In this document: piece by piece, positions 12,070 through 24,221 of the stretch
Layout of the letters: every line of letters starts with the position of its first letter
Numbering within the stretch: position 1 is the first letter of the stretch
DNA from: Rhina ancylostomus
Lineage: Eukaryota
Assembly: GCA_030265395.1 (NCBI GenBank)
Contig: JARFYF010000052.1
Coordinates: 120,421,817 to 120,485,295, forward strand
Length of the DNA stretch: 63,479 nucleotides
Reading direction: 5' to 3'
Made by a program: the position numbers and the translations under genes
Notes under the pieces: generated by a model
The model's input: the letters and a program-made list of their open reading frames with translations, nothing else
Told to the model about the DNA's origin: nothing
Database searches by the model: none

Positions 12070-12330
12070 GTAGCATTGCCATCCTTTCCAAACCTTCACA
12101 TCTCCAATTCTGACCTTGTTCATATTGCTGATTTATATTGCTCTAGTACTGCCAACCTATCGGCTGCCCGGGCAATAGGCTTTGGTGTTCCCTCTCTAAC
12201 CTTTTCATTCCTCCTTTAGAAAGCTCCTGAAAGTCAGGCTTTTAGTCTCCTGTCACAATATCTCTTACCACAATATCACTTACATTGCTGCCACTTATGA
12301 CATTTGCTGAATTGTCTAGAAATCAGTGAC
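12070..12330 (+). mobile_element. L2-clade LINE 3' fragment, heavily decayed
   Basis: ctccaattctgacc...ttccctctctaacc...ctcctttagaaagctcctgaaa...gcttttagtc resembles the L2 ORF2 end (WNSLP...FKxxLK). Confidence 0.45.
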
Positions 12331-13099
12331 AATATGCCTTTCTGTGTTGCTAGAATATTTTCTTAATATTAATGTGGTTTAAGGGTCAATTCTCTGATAA
12401 GATTAAACAAATTCTACAGAAACATTAAAGAAACTGAAATTTAACACAAAGCAGGAGATTGCTCCAATAAGTATATAAGGCCACTGTACATTGATCTGAT
12501 AATGACACAATAACTCCTGTGTTAGATTATTATTAGTCTCATTTATGTATGGTAATGCAAAAGGTCAACTAAATAGTGAATAGATAATTTTGGAAGTGAA
12601 TTGTAAGGGGCACCTGCATTTACACGACATCATGAATTATAAGAATGATTTAAACAGATGATTTCAAACCTGTAAATCCACATGAAGTGTTCTCATTCTT
12701 TTTAATTTCCTCTTTCCTATTTGCATTTGATGAAACAGATATGTGGCCCTTAATTATTTATCTTTCATTTTATCTAAACAGATTTTACTAAGGTTTTTCA
12801 TTTTTCATGGGAAGTTTGTGAGAAACCCTGACATACTTTAGTGACATGACTGCAAATTTAAATGAAAACCATGTGCCATTCACAAAAGAGACTAAAACCT
12901 TTATACATCCAAAGTGATGACAGCATAGGAACAGGTGATATGTATCAGTAATATTCAATAGTAGAAAGCTAACAATACTGTAATTTTAATTGAATAGTCA
13001 AGATGAAATCATGGATCACAGTATGAAATCCAAATATTAACAAGAGAAGGAAAAATGTATCTACATAGGCTATTTTCCATTCCTTTCAAAATGACTGAA

Positions 13100-13340
13100 A
13101 TCCCTTTGCCGTTCTTGTAATGAAGGAAGCACAGCTGTCGATTTGCACACAGCAAATTCCAGAAACGGTGATGTGATAATGGGAAGATAGTTTTCTTTTC
13201 TAGTGATGTTGGTGAGAGATAATAACAGTCAATAAGTGTAGCAAGGACACCGGGGTTAGCTCTAATGCTCCATTTCAGAGTGGCACTATGCTCACCTGAC
13301 AGAGCAGAGAGTATTTGAAAGCAATGGATCAGATTATGCT
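13100..13340 (-). mobile_element. Deu-domain SINE, decayed
   Basis: gatttgcacacagcaaattcc...caaggacaccgggg...ctcacctgacagagcaga resembles a reverse-complemented Deu-SINE body. A head-like piece lies at 13995-14145 (gaaagactgcacctccaacagtgcagaactctc). Confidence 0.5.
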
Positions 13341-15849
13341 TGATTTGGACCTTTTCTTGTGCTATTCCTGAGGCCATATTTGTGTTCTGAAGACCTTTTG
13401 ATCAAACTGATCTATAGGTTTTGCTCCTTTGGCCATCCTGTGAAGTAATATGTTAAATGGGACCTAGGGTCCTGCCCCGGCCCACCTAAGTGGCTTTCTT
13501 GAAAGGTCACTTTTTTAAAATGTCCCTAAATATCTTTGACAATCAGAGACATTTCAAATCAGTTGAAACATATTTTAATAAACAATTAAAATTATATGAA
13601 CATTTCAAAGATAAATTAGCTTTAAACATAATCATTTTCAAATTAATTTGAGATATTAACTTAGATAAATTATTGAGAAAGCAAACCACTTATAGGCACT
13701 CACTTTTCAATATGGGTCAGCAGCTACATTCAAATAAATGGGACTGAGGTTCATAAGCCAGTCAGTGCTGATGCAAAACTAAGGGGTGAGATGCAAAGTG
13801 CATTAAGTCCCACAACTTGGCATAGATGAGCTCCAGCCTTAAGGTCTAATGCACTATCATCTTACCTCCAGCCTGTCCCTGATTTTTGTGTTGCAATGCA
13901 TGCTGCAACAGTCAGGGATGAACTGATTCACACACTGCAGCTAGTCAGAGGTTCTCCATGGAATTTCTAGCAAAGGATCAGCACAATCCAGCCTACTATC
14001 TAATTTGAAAGACTGCACCTCCAACAGTGCAGAACTCTCTCCGTATTGAACTAAAATTCAACCTCTATTTTTGTGTTTTGGTGTCTGGATTGGATTTATA
14101 TCAACAATCTTCTGACTTAACTGCCAAATGGAACACAACTGGGTATCAGCAGGGTCAACAGCACCAGCTTGAAAGCTCAGATATATATCCATTATTTTAA
14201 TTAAGGTATCAAAGTGATAGACCAGGTTCCATTGAATAACACGACATGAATGGTTGAGAAATAGAGTTATTGTGTCATAGCGCAGAAATTGTGCCACCCC
14301 AAAATAAAACAGCATACTTCTAAACAACACTTGTTTTAAGTCCTTTTAGATTGAAAGAAGGAACATGTTTTCAGGAGTAATGTAGTTGGTGAGTTGAGAA
14401 GAATATAAATTTGAAAAATAAGGTGCAATGACTCTTGAGGAGTGAAAATACATGATCACCCATGATTTTATTGATCCTTACATTAGAATATTGGATTTAA
14501 TCCCTTTCCAAATATTTGTTACTCTGTATTTGAACTTAAAATAGCCTGTTTTCAGAGTTGACATTGTTGTAGTCATCATAAATCTGATATGTAGAAGTAC
14601 TTAAAAGGATAGTAGTTTTGAAAGATTCTATTTAACTTTAAAAAAGTTTCCCAGCTGGTAGTCTGTTGAGTCATTGTGGTTTTCAGTGAAGTTAGTTACT
14701 TGTGCTGATCCTTGGAATGCATTTATACGATTCATGTTGATACAGAATACTTTCGCCATGCATCAATGGCCATAAACAACAGAAGTATTATTACAGCATT
14801 AGTCCTCCAGTTGTTTTGTTTTTCTCCTTTTTACAAAATGACCTAGGATCTATGGAATCACTGGTGATAGTGACATCTGACAGTGTAGCCTACTGTTTGT
14901 CACTAGCTCACAAACTTCTACACCACATGGTAGTGTGGTGAATAATGGAGAGGTGGGAATATCATGGTGCCATTAATTTAATCATGGAGTTTGAATCAAC
15001 TGAACTCTTGATTAGATTACTGCCTTGAAACTTCTGGTGTGATTAGTTATTTATAATGTACATGCTGTTCATTTTATGGGGTGTTATTATCCTGTCTCAG
15101 TTTTGTTTTTCAGGCTGTTATTGTCGATGCTGTCAGCAACTACTCTCTTGTTCCATGTTGCTGATGCACAACAATGTTCACGTCAAAGAATTCATGATTG
15201 CTGCATATGGCTCAAAATGTGTGCTTTTACTGTAATATTTGCAAACTCAGTATGTGTATATTTATGCAATGTGTTAGTTTATCACTGGCCTGGTCATTCT
15301 TTATGATTTTCACTTATCTCTGTTTGGTGACATTTTATTTCTCATACCACTAGACTTTGAATAACACCATTTTCACAGCTACATTTATTCCAACTTTTCA
15401 TCTTGGAATTGTTGTGAAACCTATCTCTTGTTCTCCTTATTGCCTAAAATTACTATTTCTCACTCTCTTAATTCTTTTATCTGTTTCCCAAACCCTCTGA
15501 GTCTTGCCATGCACATTTCTTCTCTCTTTAACCTACCACCTTACAGAATTACAAAGAATATTTTGTATACTCAAACAAAAAAGTGATAATTTCTGAATCA
15601 TTCATCAATGCACGCCACATTTAACCTCTCTCCCCATAATAATAAAAAAACAAATATCTTACTCATCAAAGACAGACTGTGATAAAATAAAATAGCACAT
15701 TAAATCACAAGTGTGCAGTGAGTATTTCTGTTTCCCACAGCTAACTTCTTTGTGAGCTTATCTGAGTTAAAAATGGCAGGGTTAGAGTGGGGGTTAGTTT
15801 TGTGCTGTGGACTAATGCCCATTTGGAAATGGCTTAAAGATGTCCAAGT

Positions 15850-15975
15850 CTTCATTGTTTCAGGTCAATGACCTTTCATCAATGAAAGATCATCTGATAG
15901 AATGCTAACTTTGTTTCTTTCTCCACAGATGCTGCCTGACCCATTGGGTATTTCCACTATTTTCTTTCTATTTTA
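15850..15975. mobile_element. Penelope-terminal-repeat fold-back remnant with a near-intact hammerhead core
   Basis: Right arm ctccacagatgctgcctgacc as at 323-348. The minus strand of 15857-15882 reads TTGATGA-A-AGGTC-ATT-GACCT-GAAAC. Confidence 0.6.
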
Positions 15976-16489
15976 CCCTTTCAGAATTATTTTCTTTGTA
16001 TCCAAATTTTAGTTATTCAATTTACAATCAATAAAGTTTGAAAAGGAAGAAAGCCTTTATCAAAATTATTGGTAATCAACTTGAGGATGTCTCTAAAATC
16101 AAAAACAGAGTTTTATGTTGTTGATGGCAAAAGATTCCTTCACATAGAGCTGTAGGAAGTCCTACAGATCTATACCAAAAATCCGTACCTTAATTAATTT
16201 TAATACATGTACGTGATTTTACCAGAATTTTTGTGAAATATTAGCAGAGAAACTATTTTTTATTAACAGAATCCAAGGAAATGTGCAGGCATGTGTACAC
16301 TGCTTTTCCACATGAAAATCAATCCCAGTCTGACATTTTTCACATCTCAAAATGGTTGCTAGTTCTTACCTGATAAATGTGAAGGGCAGAGGTTCCTAAT
16401 ATCGGAATAATTTTGCAAGATGGGGAATTCCCACCTGCAAAAGAACAGAATTTGATCACCAGGACGTGGGTGCAAAAGAAAAGACTGAA

Positions 16490-17660
16490 GTATTCAAGTC
16501 AGTTTCAGCCAGAAGTGCCAAATAGATGATCTACCTTGGCTCCCTCCTGAGATCCCCATCATCAGAGAAGCCAGCCTCCAGCCAATTTGATCCATTTCAC
16601 AAGATGTCAAAAAATGAATGGGATAAACTAGATAGAGCAAAGGCCATGGGACCAGACAACCTTCCTGACGTAGTACTGAACACCTACATTCCAAAATGAG
16701 CTGCATATTCAACCAAGCTGTTCCAGTGCAGTGACAGTGCTGGATTAGACGTTACAATGTGGAAATTGCCCGTGGATGTTCTGTTCACATAAAGTAGAAC
16801 ACCTGCAGTTTGACTAATTACTACCTGATCTACATTCGATCATCAGTAAAGCTATGGAACCTGTCACCAACCTTGCTATCAAGCAGCTGTTACTGACTAA
16901 AAACTACTTTTTGATTTCAAGTTTAGGTTTCGCTAGGACCACCTGGCTCCCGACCTTATCACATCCTTGGTCAAAACTCAACCAAAGAGCTGAATTCAGG
17001 AAGTGAGGTGTGCGTGATTCCCCTTAACAACAAGGCAATATTTGACTAAGTGTGATATCAAGGTGTCCAAGTGAAACTGAAGTTGATGTGCATTAAAAGA
17101 AATTAACTTTGTGGTTGGAATCATACCTTGCACAAGGGAAGATGGATGTGATTGTGGGAGGTCAGACATCCATGCCCCACAACTCCACTGCAGAAGTTCC
17201 TCTGACCTAACAATAAGGTCTGAAGTAGGGTTGTTCATTGATGATTGTGCAATATTCAATTCCATTTAAACTTCTCAGCAAATTAACCATCCTATGGCTG
17301 ATGCAGAAAAACCTAGACAGCATCCAGGCATGGACTGATAACTTTCCATTAACATTTGTGCCACTAAAGAACCACGTGATGACCATCTCCAACAAAAGAG
17401 AGTCTAAATGCTCTTTAACATTCAATGACATTATAACTACTGAGTACTCCACCATCAATACACTTGGGATCACCACTGGCCAGAGATTCAGCTGGGCTAG
17501 CTACTTAAATACCATGGCAAAAAGAGCAGGCCAGAGGCTGGGTATCCTGTGATGAGTGTCTCACCTCCTTTGCAGCATCTGCAAAGGACAAATCAGAAGT
17601 GTGGTGGCAAGCTTTCCCTGGGTGAGTGAAGCACTAACAACTGTCAAGTCCAACCATTTA
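16490..17660 (+). mobile_element. Old non-LTR retrotransposon (CR1/L2-group) RT region, decayed
   Basis: Remnants: KGHGTR/GPD-like, QFRFR, ADD-like attgatgattg, and the peptide LDSIQAWTD...LGITTGQRFSWASYLNTMAKRAGQRLGIL. Confidence 0.7.
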
Positions 17661-17685
17661 GGGAAAATGGGTACTTACACTGAAT

Positions 17686-17722
17686 GAGAGAGAGAGAGAG
17701 AGAGAGAGATGGATAGATAGAT
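17686..17722. repeat. (GA)12 microsatellite followed by short (GATA)n
   Basis: Directly visible. Confidence 0.95.
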
Positions 17723-19799
17723 AACATATCTGCAATTGCACTGAGATTCTTTATAAGGGTGAGTCATTGCAATCAAGCTACAATTGTTCCAGTGGTCTCG
17801 TTCATACTCAACTTTAAATACATTGGCTGGAAGATTCTGAGAAGATCCACCCTAAAATGAACACCAACCCCTCCAACACTTTCCCCCCTGTGCATTATCT
17901 TAATCCTGAAAACGCCAGCTGTGGAATACAGATGTGCACAATAAAGGAACCCTCCAATCCAAGGACCACCAGGATCTGTGCTGGGAAATGAAAAATAAAC
18001 TACATTAAATGCTCTAACAAGCTACATCTAGATCGAGAGTAGCAGCATCGAATTAACTACTTCAGCAGTATTTTGTGTCACTATGTCCTTTTGCCGATTA
18101 TTAGGAAAAGTTAGTCTGAATTTTGCACACAGTGTTACTCCGCGGTCTTATATTACACGCTTACACGAATGAGAAGGTGCTATTATTGAAACCGCAGATA
18201 GGAGGCATGTATACCCAGCAGATCGCGCCACATGCAGAGATTTCTCCGACACTGAGGACATGCTGATTTCAGCACTATCTTTCCCAATGAACGATTTCAA
18301 CCCATTCTACAAAAGACAGTTGACAAGAACTCATTATGGGAGGGGTTTTGATGTACTCCGAGAATAAAGGTCAATTAGTATATATTCATTCAAAAAGAAT
18401 GCCAGCTAAAGAGCTATTGCAGTCGCCTTTGTACACACTTACAAAAAGGGAAGATACATTCCGGGATCAAGATGTCCAGACTGTATTTCCGACTGTGAAT
18501 GTAAAAGGAACCATGAAGCACGTATTGATTAGACGGGCGCATTAATATTCGGATACACCATAATCTACTTTTTATTGATCAAACCATTCTTTTATAAACT
18601 GTCCCGGCTCCCTGCATCTCATACGTGCAAATGAAATGAAATTAGCTTTTCGAATCCATACCTCCTCCCCCTTACAATCACCACTGTTGGCCATGAGATT
18701 GAAAAGCCGCAAAAATAGGTCTTCATCTTCTGCAAAAATAACGCAAATGAAAAGTCTGTGGAAACCCCGAATGATATTTTCTATTTAATTTTCCTTCTGT
18801 ATATCCATCTACTGTCTGTCCGTCGACAGTATTATTTATTGCGTGTCAGGCGCGACCCGGGTACTCTCAGAGAGGAGCCCAAGCTCTCCCTTGCCGGTAT
18901 TTACCCGTCGCGTGTGGCCTATGTCCGTCTGCAGACATCGGGATCGACTTGAAGCATTTTTTTGTCAGACTGCGGCGACACACGTCCCGACACCGCGCGC
19001 AATTTTGGAATGCTTATTCTAAACCGCATTGCATTTAGCGGAATTTCTGTTTATGGATACTTGTTTGTACTAAAAATAACATTTGTCCTGTCAAACGGTT
19101 CGGGATACAAATCTGATACAACCCGGTGTGCGCGGTATAAGATGGAAAATTAACTGGGGACTGTCCAACCTTAGATTTTTACTTAATGGATTTTCGATGT
19201 CAGTGTTAAACCGTCTCCTACATCAAACATGTAGCGCATCGTTAAATAGGCGGCGGGCTAGACAATGTTGGGAAGATTGACCAAAATGGAACAGTATTCA
19301 CTACAGCCCACCAGCAAACCCCCTTCCCCCACCTTCAACGCTCACATACACCCCCAATGAGTAAACCGCGAGCAACGCCCAGAGCTTTTACTCAGTATAT
19401 ACAACCTCTGCTGTAATATCACCAACTCCCCGCTCGTACCAACAACAATCAGTCAGTTCCACAGTGACCGCCCGTCAGTGACGCCCCCACAACATGCGGC
19501 ACGTGTCACAGAACCCTGACTGACCAAGGCGCTGCAGAACATGCCGCTTCAGCTGGCGAGGTACCGCCGATTCAAGCAAAGAAAAAACGCCGAGTTGTGT
19601 AAATGATTGACACAGCGTTGTAATAAGAAGCGTCCAGTGACTGCTGACTAGCTCTCCGCACCGGTTGTGCGGAGTTTGTTTTTGATATAAAGCAAGGTCT
19701 CAACCTTCCAGATAAAGTAAGTTGGTAACTAAACAAACAGCGGCTATGATTTGTTTTGATTGCATGTATGGTTATGACCTGGGTGTGTACAGATACTCT

Positions 19800-20200
19800 G
19801 CCGACAGATGCAAATAAAATAAAACAATATTATTTTGGAAAACAGTTGGAGCAGAAAGGCTTAAATTCATAGTAGCAGGACCATCCTTGTGTAGATATGT
19901 GGGTTGTTATGATCTGATTATTGCAAGCACCTGTGCGAGTGCATCCCACTAACTCCGAGCAAGTCCAGAGACTGGGACGTTATTTGCACGGCTCGGAGAA
20001 TGAAACCGACCCGCCCGCTCTGCCGCCGATTGGTTCCAAGAGGCCTGACGCACGACAGCTAGGTGCCCCGCTGCCAGCCAGTCAGAGCGTGGCGCCCGCT
20101 GCCGGGGATGACCATTGGTTGGCGCGAAGTGGGCGCTACGCAAAAGCAGAGCGCTGAGCCCAGAGAGCTGCAATCTGTCAGTAGAGGGAACAGCACAGGG
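19800..20200 (+). promoter_or_regulatory. Probable PCDH10 proximal promoter (TATA-less, CpG-island type)
   Basis: GC/CpG-rich block about 0.5-0.9 kb upstream of the ATG. It contains octamer ATGCAAAT (19808-19815), GC box CCGCCC (20011-20016), two inverted CCAAT boxes ATTGG (20029-20033, 20114-20118), CRE-like TGACGCA (20046-20052) and E2F-like TTGGCGCGAA (20119-20128). The TSS cannot be determined from sequence. Confidence 0.6.
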
Positions 20201-20677
20201 ACTGCAGCCGCGGGGAGGAGGGAAAGCTAACAGCAGCAGGCAGTAAAACTAAAAGGACGGAAAAAAAGGGAAAAAGATGTACAAATACTCAGTGAAGTTC
20301 GGATTGGGGAGCAGAAGTCTAGAAAGTGTTTGACGATAACCTCCAGACCCAGTTGCCATGTTTATACCGAGGATATGACCGGCCGCTGTGTCAAAGGGTT
20401 TGATGTTAAACCAATGCCCGCGGGAATCTCTTCTCCCAGGCCACTATATAGTAGAAGATCAAACGACCATTTCACTCATTAAAAAGCAGCAGAAGTTCAA
20501 GCTTCGGATGCGATGAGTCTGCTTCACGTAGCTGGCGTTTGCGGGGAGATGTGATGGAAAAATCAAAGCAGGAGGGAGCGCGAAGTCAATAATAATTAGT
20601 AATATTTGTTTAAAAAAACAAAAGGAAACACCACCATCCAATTTAAAAAGGGACGTCAATCGGATTGGGTTGTGGAG

Positions 20678-23158
20678 ATGACCTTCCTATTCCTTTTGGC
20701 TTGCATCCTGATCGACCGCGTTGCCTGTCAGATCCGCTACTCTGTTCCCGAGGAGCAGGAACATGGCACGTTCGTGGGGAATATCGCCGAGGATTTGGGA
20801 TTGGACGTGACGAAGCTGGCCGCCCGCAGGTTTCAGACGGTACCGAGCTCCAGGTCCCCGCACCTGGAGGTTAACCTGGAGAACGGGGTGCTGTTCGTAA
20901 ACGAGAAGATCGACCGCGAGCAGATCTGTAAGCAGAGCCCCAGTTGCCTCCTGCACCTCGAGGTCTTCCTGGAGAACCCGCTGGAACTTTTCCGCGTGGA
21001 GATCGAGATCGTGGATATTAACGACAACCCGCCGAGTTTCCCGGAGGCAGACATTACGGTGGAGATATCGGAGAGCGCCAGTGCTGGCACTCGGCTGCCG
21101 CTGGAGAGCGCATTCGATCCGGACGTTGGCAGCAACTCGCTCCGCACCTACGAGATCACCCCGAACAGTTACTTTTACCTCGACGTGCAGACCCAAGGAG
21201 ACGGCAACAAGTTCGCCGAGCTGGTACTGGAGAAGAGCCTGGACCGGGAACAGCAAGCCCTTCACCGGTATGTGCTGACGGCGGTGGACGGGGGTCTGCC
21301 CCAGCGCACCGGCACCGCACTGCTCAGCATCAAGGTGCTGGACTCGAACGATAACGTGCCTGTCTTCGAGCAGTCGGTGTACACGGTGAGCCTGCCGGAG
21401 AACGCGCCCATCGGCACCCTAGTCATTCAGCTCAACGCCACCGACCGCGACGAAGGCAAGAACGGCGAGGTGGTGTACTCGTTCAGCAACCACGTCTCGC
21501 CCAGGGTGAAGGAGCTGTTCAGCATCGAGCCCAGGACGGGCTGGATCGAGGTGAAGGGGGTCATCGATTACGAGGAGAGCAGCCTTTACCAGCTGTACGT
21601 CCAGGCGAAGGATTTGGGGCCCAACGCCGTGCCGGCGCATTGCAAAGTGCTGGTGAAAGTTACCGACGTGAACGACAACGCGCCCGAGATCAGTTTCAGC
21701 ACTGTCTCCAACTCGGTGAATGAGAGCGCAACCCTGGGCACCGTGGTCGCCTTGCTGAGTGTCACCGACCGCGACTCGGGCGACAACGGGCAGCTCCAGT
21801 GCGAGATCCTGGGACAGGTGCCTTTCAAGCTGAAACCCTCCTTCAAGAATTACTACACCATCGTGACGGACGGGCCGCTGGACCGAGAGGTCACCGACTC
21901 CTACACTGTCACCATCATGGCGAAGGACAGGGGATCCCCCCCTCTGGCCTCCAGCAAGTCCATCAAGGTCCAAGTGGCGGACGAGAACGACAACGCGCCC
22001 CGTTTCTCCCAGTCTTCCTACAACGTGTATGTCACCGAGAATAACGTTCCCGGGGCTTACATCTATGCAGTGACTGCCGTGGATCCCGATGTGGGGCAGA
22101 ACGCTTACATCTCCTACTCCATATTAGAGTGCGATATACAGGGTATGTCGGTTTTTACGTACGTTTCCATAAACTCCGAGAATGGCTACCTATACGCCTT
22201 ACGCTCTTTCGATTACGAGCAGCTCAAAGAGTTTAGTTTCACGGTGCAGGCCAGAGACGCGGGGAACCCTCCGCTGAGCAGTAACACCACCATTAATATC
22301 ATCATTGTGGACCAGAACGACAATGCGCCGTCCATCGTATCGCCCGTGTCCAGGAACGGTAGCGCCAGGGAGATGGTGCCCCGCTCAGCCGAGCCGGGCT
22401 ACCTGGTGGCCAGGCTAGTGGCCGTGGACGCGGACGACGGCGACAACGCTCGGCTCACCTACTACATCGCCAAGGGCAACGATTTGGGACTCTTCAGGAT
22501 GGACTGGAGGAGTGGAGAGCTCAAGACGGTCAGGAGGCTGTCCACCAACAAAAAGGCCCCCAGCGCCCCATACGAGCTACTGATCGAGGTCAGGGATCAT
22601 GGACAACCGCCGCTGTCAGCCACCGCCTCTATCCTGGTGATGGCGGTGGACAGCCCGGTGGATCGCCAGGGAGAGCGGGGCAACCGAGCTGGTACCCCGA
22701 AGGAAAACTCGCTGGATTTGACCCTGATCTTGATTATCGCCCTGGGCTCCGTGTCCTTCGTTTTCCTCCTGGCTATGATCGTGTTGGCAATCCGGTGCCA
22801 GAAGGACAAAAAGGTGAACATCTACAGCTGCCTGGCCAGCGAGTGCTGCTCCTGCTGCAGACAGGCGAGGAACAGAAAGAAGAAGCTCAGCAAATCGGAC
22901 ATCATGCTGGTGCAGACCACCACCACCAACGCAGCCCAGGTGTCGGTGGAAGAAGGGGGCTTTGGACACCACAGTCAGAACTATTGTTACCAAGTTTGCC
23001 TGACTCCGGAATCGGCCAAAACTGACCTCATGTTCTTGAAACCTTGCAGTCCAGTCAGGAGTACGGACGCTGAACACAACCCCTGCGGGGCCATCATAGC
23101 AGGGTACACTGACCAGCAGCCCGACATCATTTCCAATGGGAGTATATTATCAAATGAG
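20678..23158 (+). CDS. PCDH10: Protocadherin-10 coding exon 1 (827 codons): signal peptide, EC1-EC6, transmembrane helix (~22718-22792), Cys-rich juxtamembrane region, start of cytoplasmic tail
   Basis: The true ATG is at 20678 (ggagATG), followed by hydrophobic signal MTFLFLLACILIDRVAC. The ORF-track start at 20606 is a TTG. Repeated cadherin Ca2+ motifs (PE, LDRE/LDYE, DxNDN, AxDxG) are present. EEQEHGTFVGNIAEDLGLD, QNYCYQVCLTPESAKTDLMFLKPCSP and QQPDIISNGSILSNE match PCDH10 as I recall it. Donor GAG|gtaaga at 23158/23159, phase 0. Confidence 0.97.
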
Positions 23159-23941
23159 GTAAGATATCAACTGCACCGCGTCGGATTTGCATCGTCAAAT
23201 GTTCCCTCTAATTTTGGCTCTCTCTCATGTTCCCTCCTGCTTTTAACCTACTNNNNNNNNNNNNNNNNNNNNNNNNNNNNNNNNNNNNNNNNNNNNNNNN
23301 NNNNNNNNNNNNNNNNNNNNNNNNNNNNNATAATGTGAAATGTTGTAAATGCAGCCAAATGGCACCAATTGTCTACTGTGATTTCATTAAGTCAACTGCG
23401 ACTTCCGGCACAGATTAGGGAATAAAATGGAATGGCTGGTCTTTGCGTGAAAAGAGATATTTAACCCTCTTATATCGACCAGAAAAGGGGGGATGGTACT
23501 CTGGTTATTTTGATTAACTATCTGAGTACTGGAACAGTTTATTTATATCACTGTCCATTTCTTAAAGAGCACTGGATATCAAGTCCTTAAGACTTTCAGA
23601 TGTCGTGCTAAAAGCGGCACAAGAATCCACTAAACATAGGAGAAACAAGTCTAAAACGCTGTTCCAAAGTTCGGCTTTTAGAACAAAAATCACCTTGTGG
23701 CTTGAACGCTGTTCAGTCCTGATCCTTTGCCATTCAGACCTTAGAATTAATTTCAGCTCTGAAACTACCTAGTCATTATGAGGTCCAATGTCATATTAAC
23801 AATGGTAATTAAATTTCTAAACCACCGTGACACCTTCAACTAAAACTCTGGTCCGATTCCTTCCTAATGTGAGCCCTTAAAATGATACAGCTGTCTGCTT
23901 GTTCGGTACAGACTACTGACTTGATGTTTTATACATTCCAG

Positions 23942-24000
23942 ACAAAACACCAGCGGACCGAACTCAGTTTTCTTGTGGACAGACCCCGTCGAGTTAACAG
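23942..24000 (+). CDS. PCDH10: PCDH10 coding exon 2 (59 bp; TKHQRTELSFLVDRPRRVN-S)
   Basis: Acceptor ttccag| and donor AG|gtaaga. The peptide matches the vertebrate PCDH10 segment TKHQRAELSYLVDRPRRVNS and is in frame with exon 1. It is too short for the ORF track. Confidence 0.95.
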
Positions 24001-24114
24001 GTAAGAAACTCACTAAGCCAAAGCGCTTGCGAGATCTCACGATTGCCAAGACAGCAATGTTTTATTGATGATTAGCGTCAGGTGCTAATGCTGGGGTGCT
24101 TTTTTTTGGTTCAG

Positions 24115-24221
24115 TTCTGCTTTCCAAGAAGCGGATATCGTGAGCTCGAAGGACAGTGGTCACGGTGACAGCGAACAAGGAGACAGTGACCACGATGCTA
24201 CTAACCGAGCTCACAACTCTG
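24115..24221 (+). CDS. PCDH10: PCDH10 coding exon 3 (107 bp; SAFQEADIVSSKDSGHGDSEQGDSDHDATNRAHNS-G), delta-protocadherin conserved motif CM1
   Basis: Acceptor tttttttggttcag| and donor G|gtaagt. The KDSGHGDSEQGDSDHD motif is CM1. Phases are compatible with exons 2 and 4. Confidence 0.96.

Larger units (their letters stand above)
18800..23200. promoter_or_regulatory. CpG island spanning the PCDH10 promoter and exon 1
   Basis: CpG density is visibly high against the CpG-depleted flanks (e.g. 11-16 kb, 30-48 kb). Boundaries estimated by eye. Confidence 0.8.

Noticed and set aside
19654-19674. 8-bp-stem hairpin ctccgcac-cggtt-gtgcggag upstream of the promoter
   Set aside because: Too short to exceed chance in GC-rich sequence. 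A bacterial-style terminator reading is irrelevant here.
20606-20677. N-terminal extension of the 910-aa ORF (MFKKTKG...)
   Set aside because: It starts at TTG, would precede the signal peptide and has no similarity to PCDH10. The ATG at 20678 is the credible start.
20687-23077. Long antisense ORFs (192, 184, 153 aa) overlapping exon 1
   Set aside because: These are the expected shadow of GC3-rich codon usage, which leaves few antisense stops. They show no recognisable domain.
20678-23158. Clustered protocadherin variable exon
   Set aside because: It is a single exon rather than a tandem array, and the downstream exons carry delta-type CM1/CM2 with PCDH10-specific sequence.
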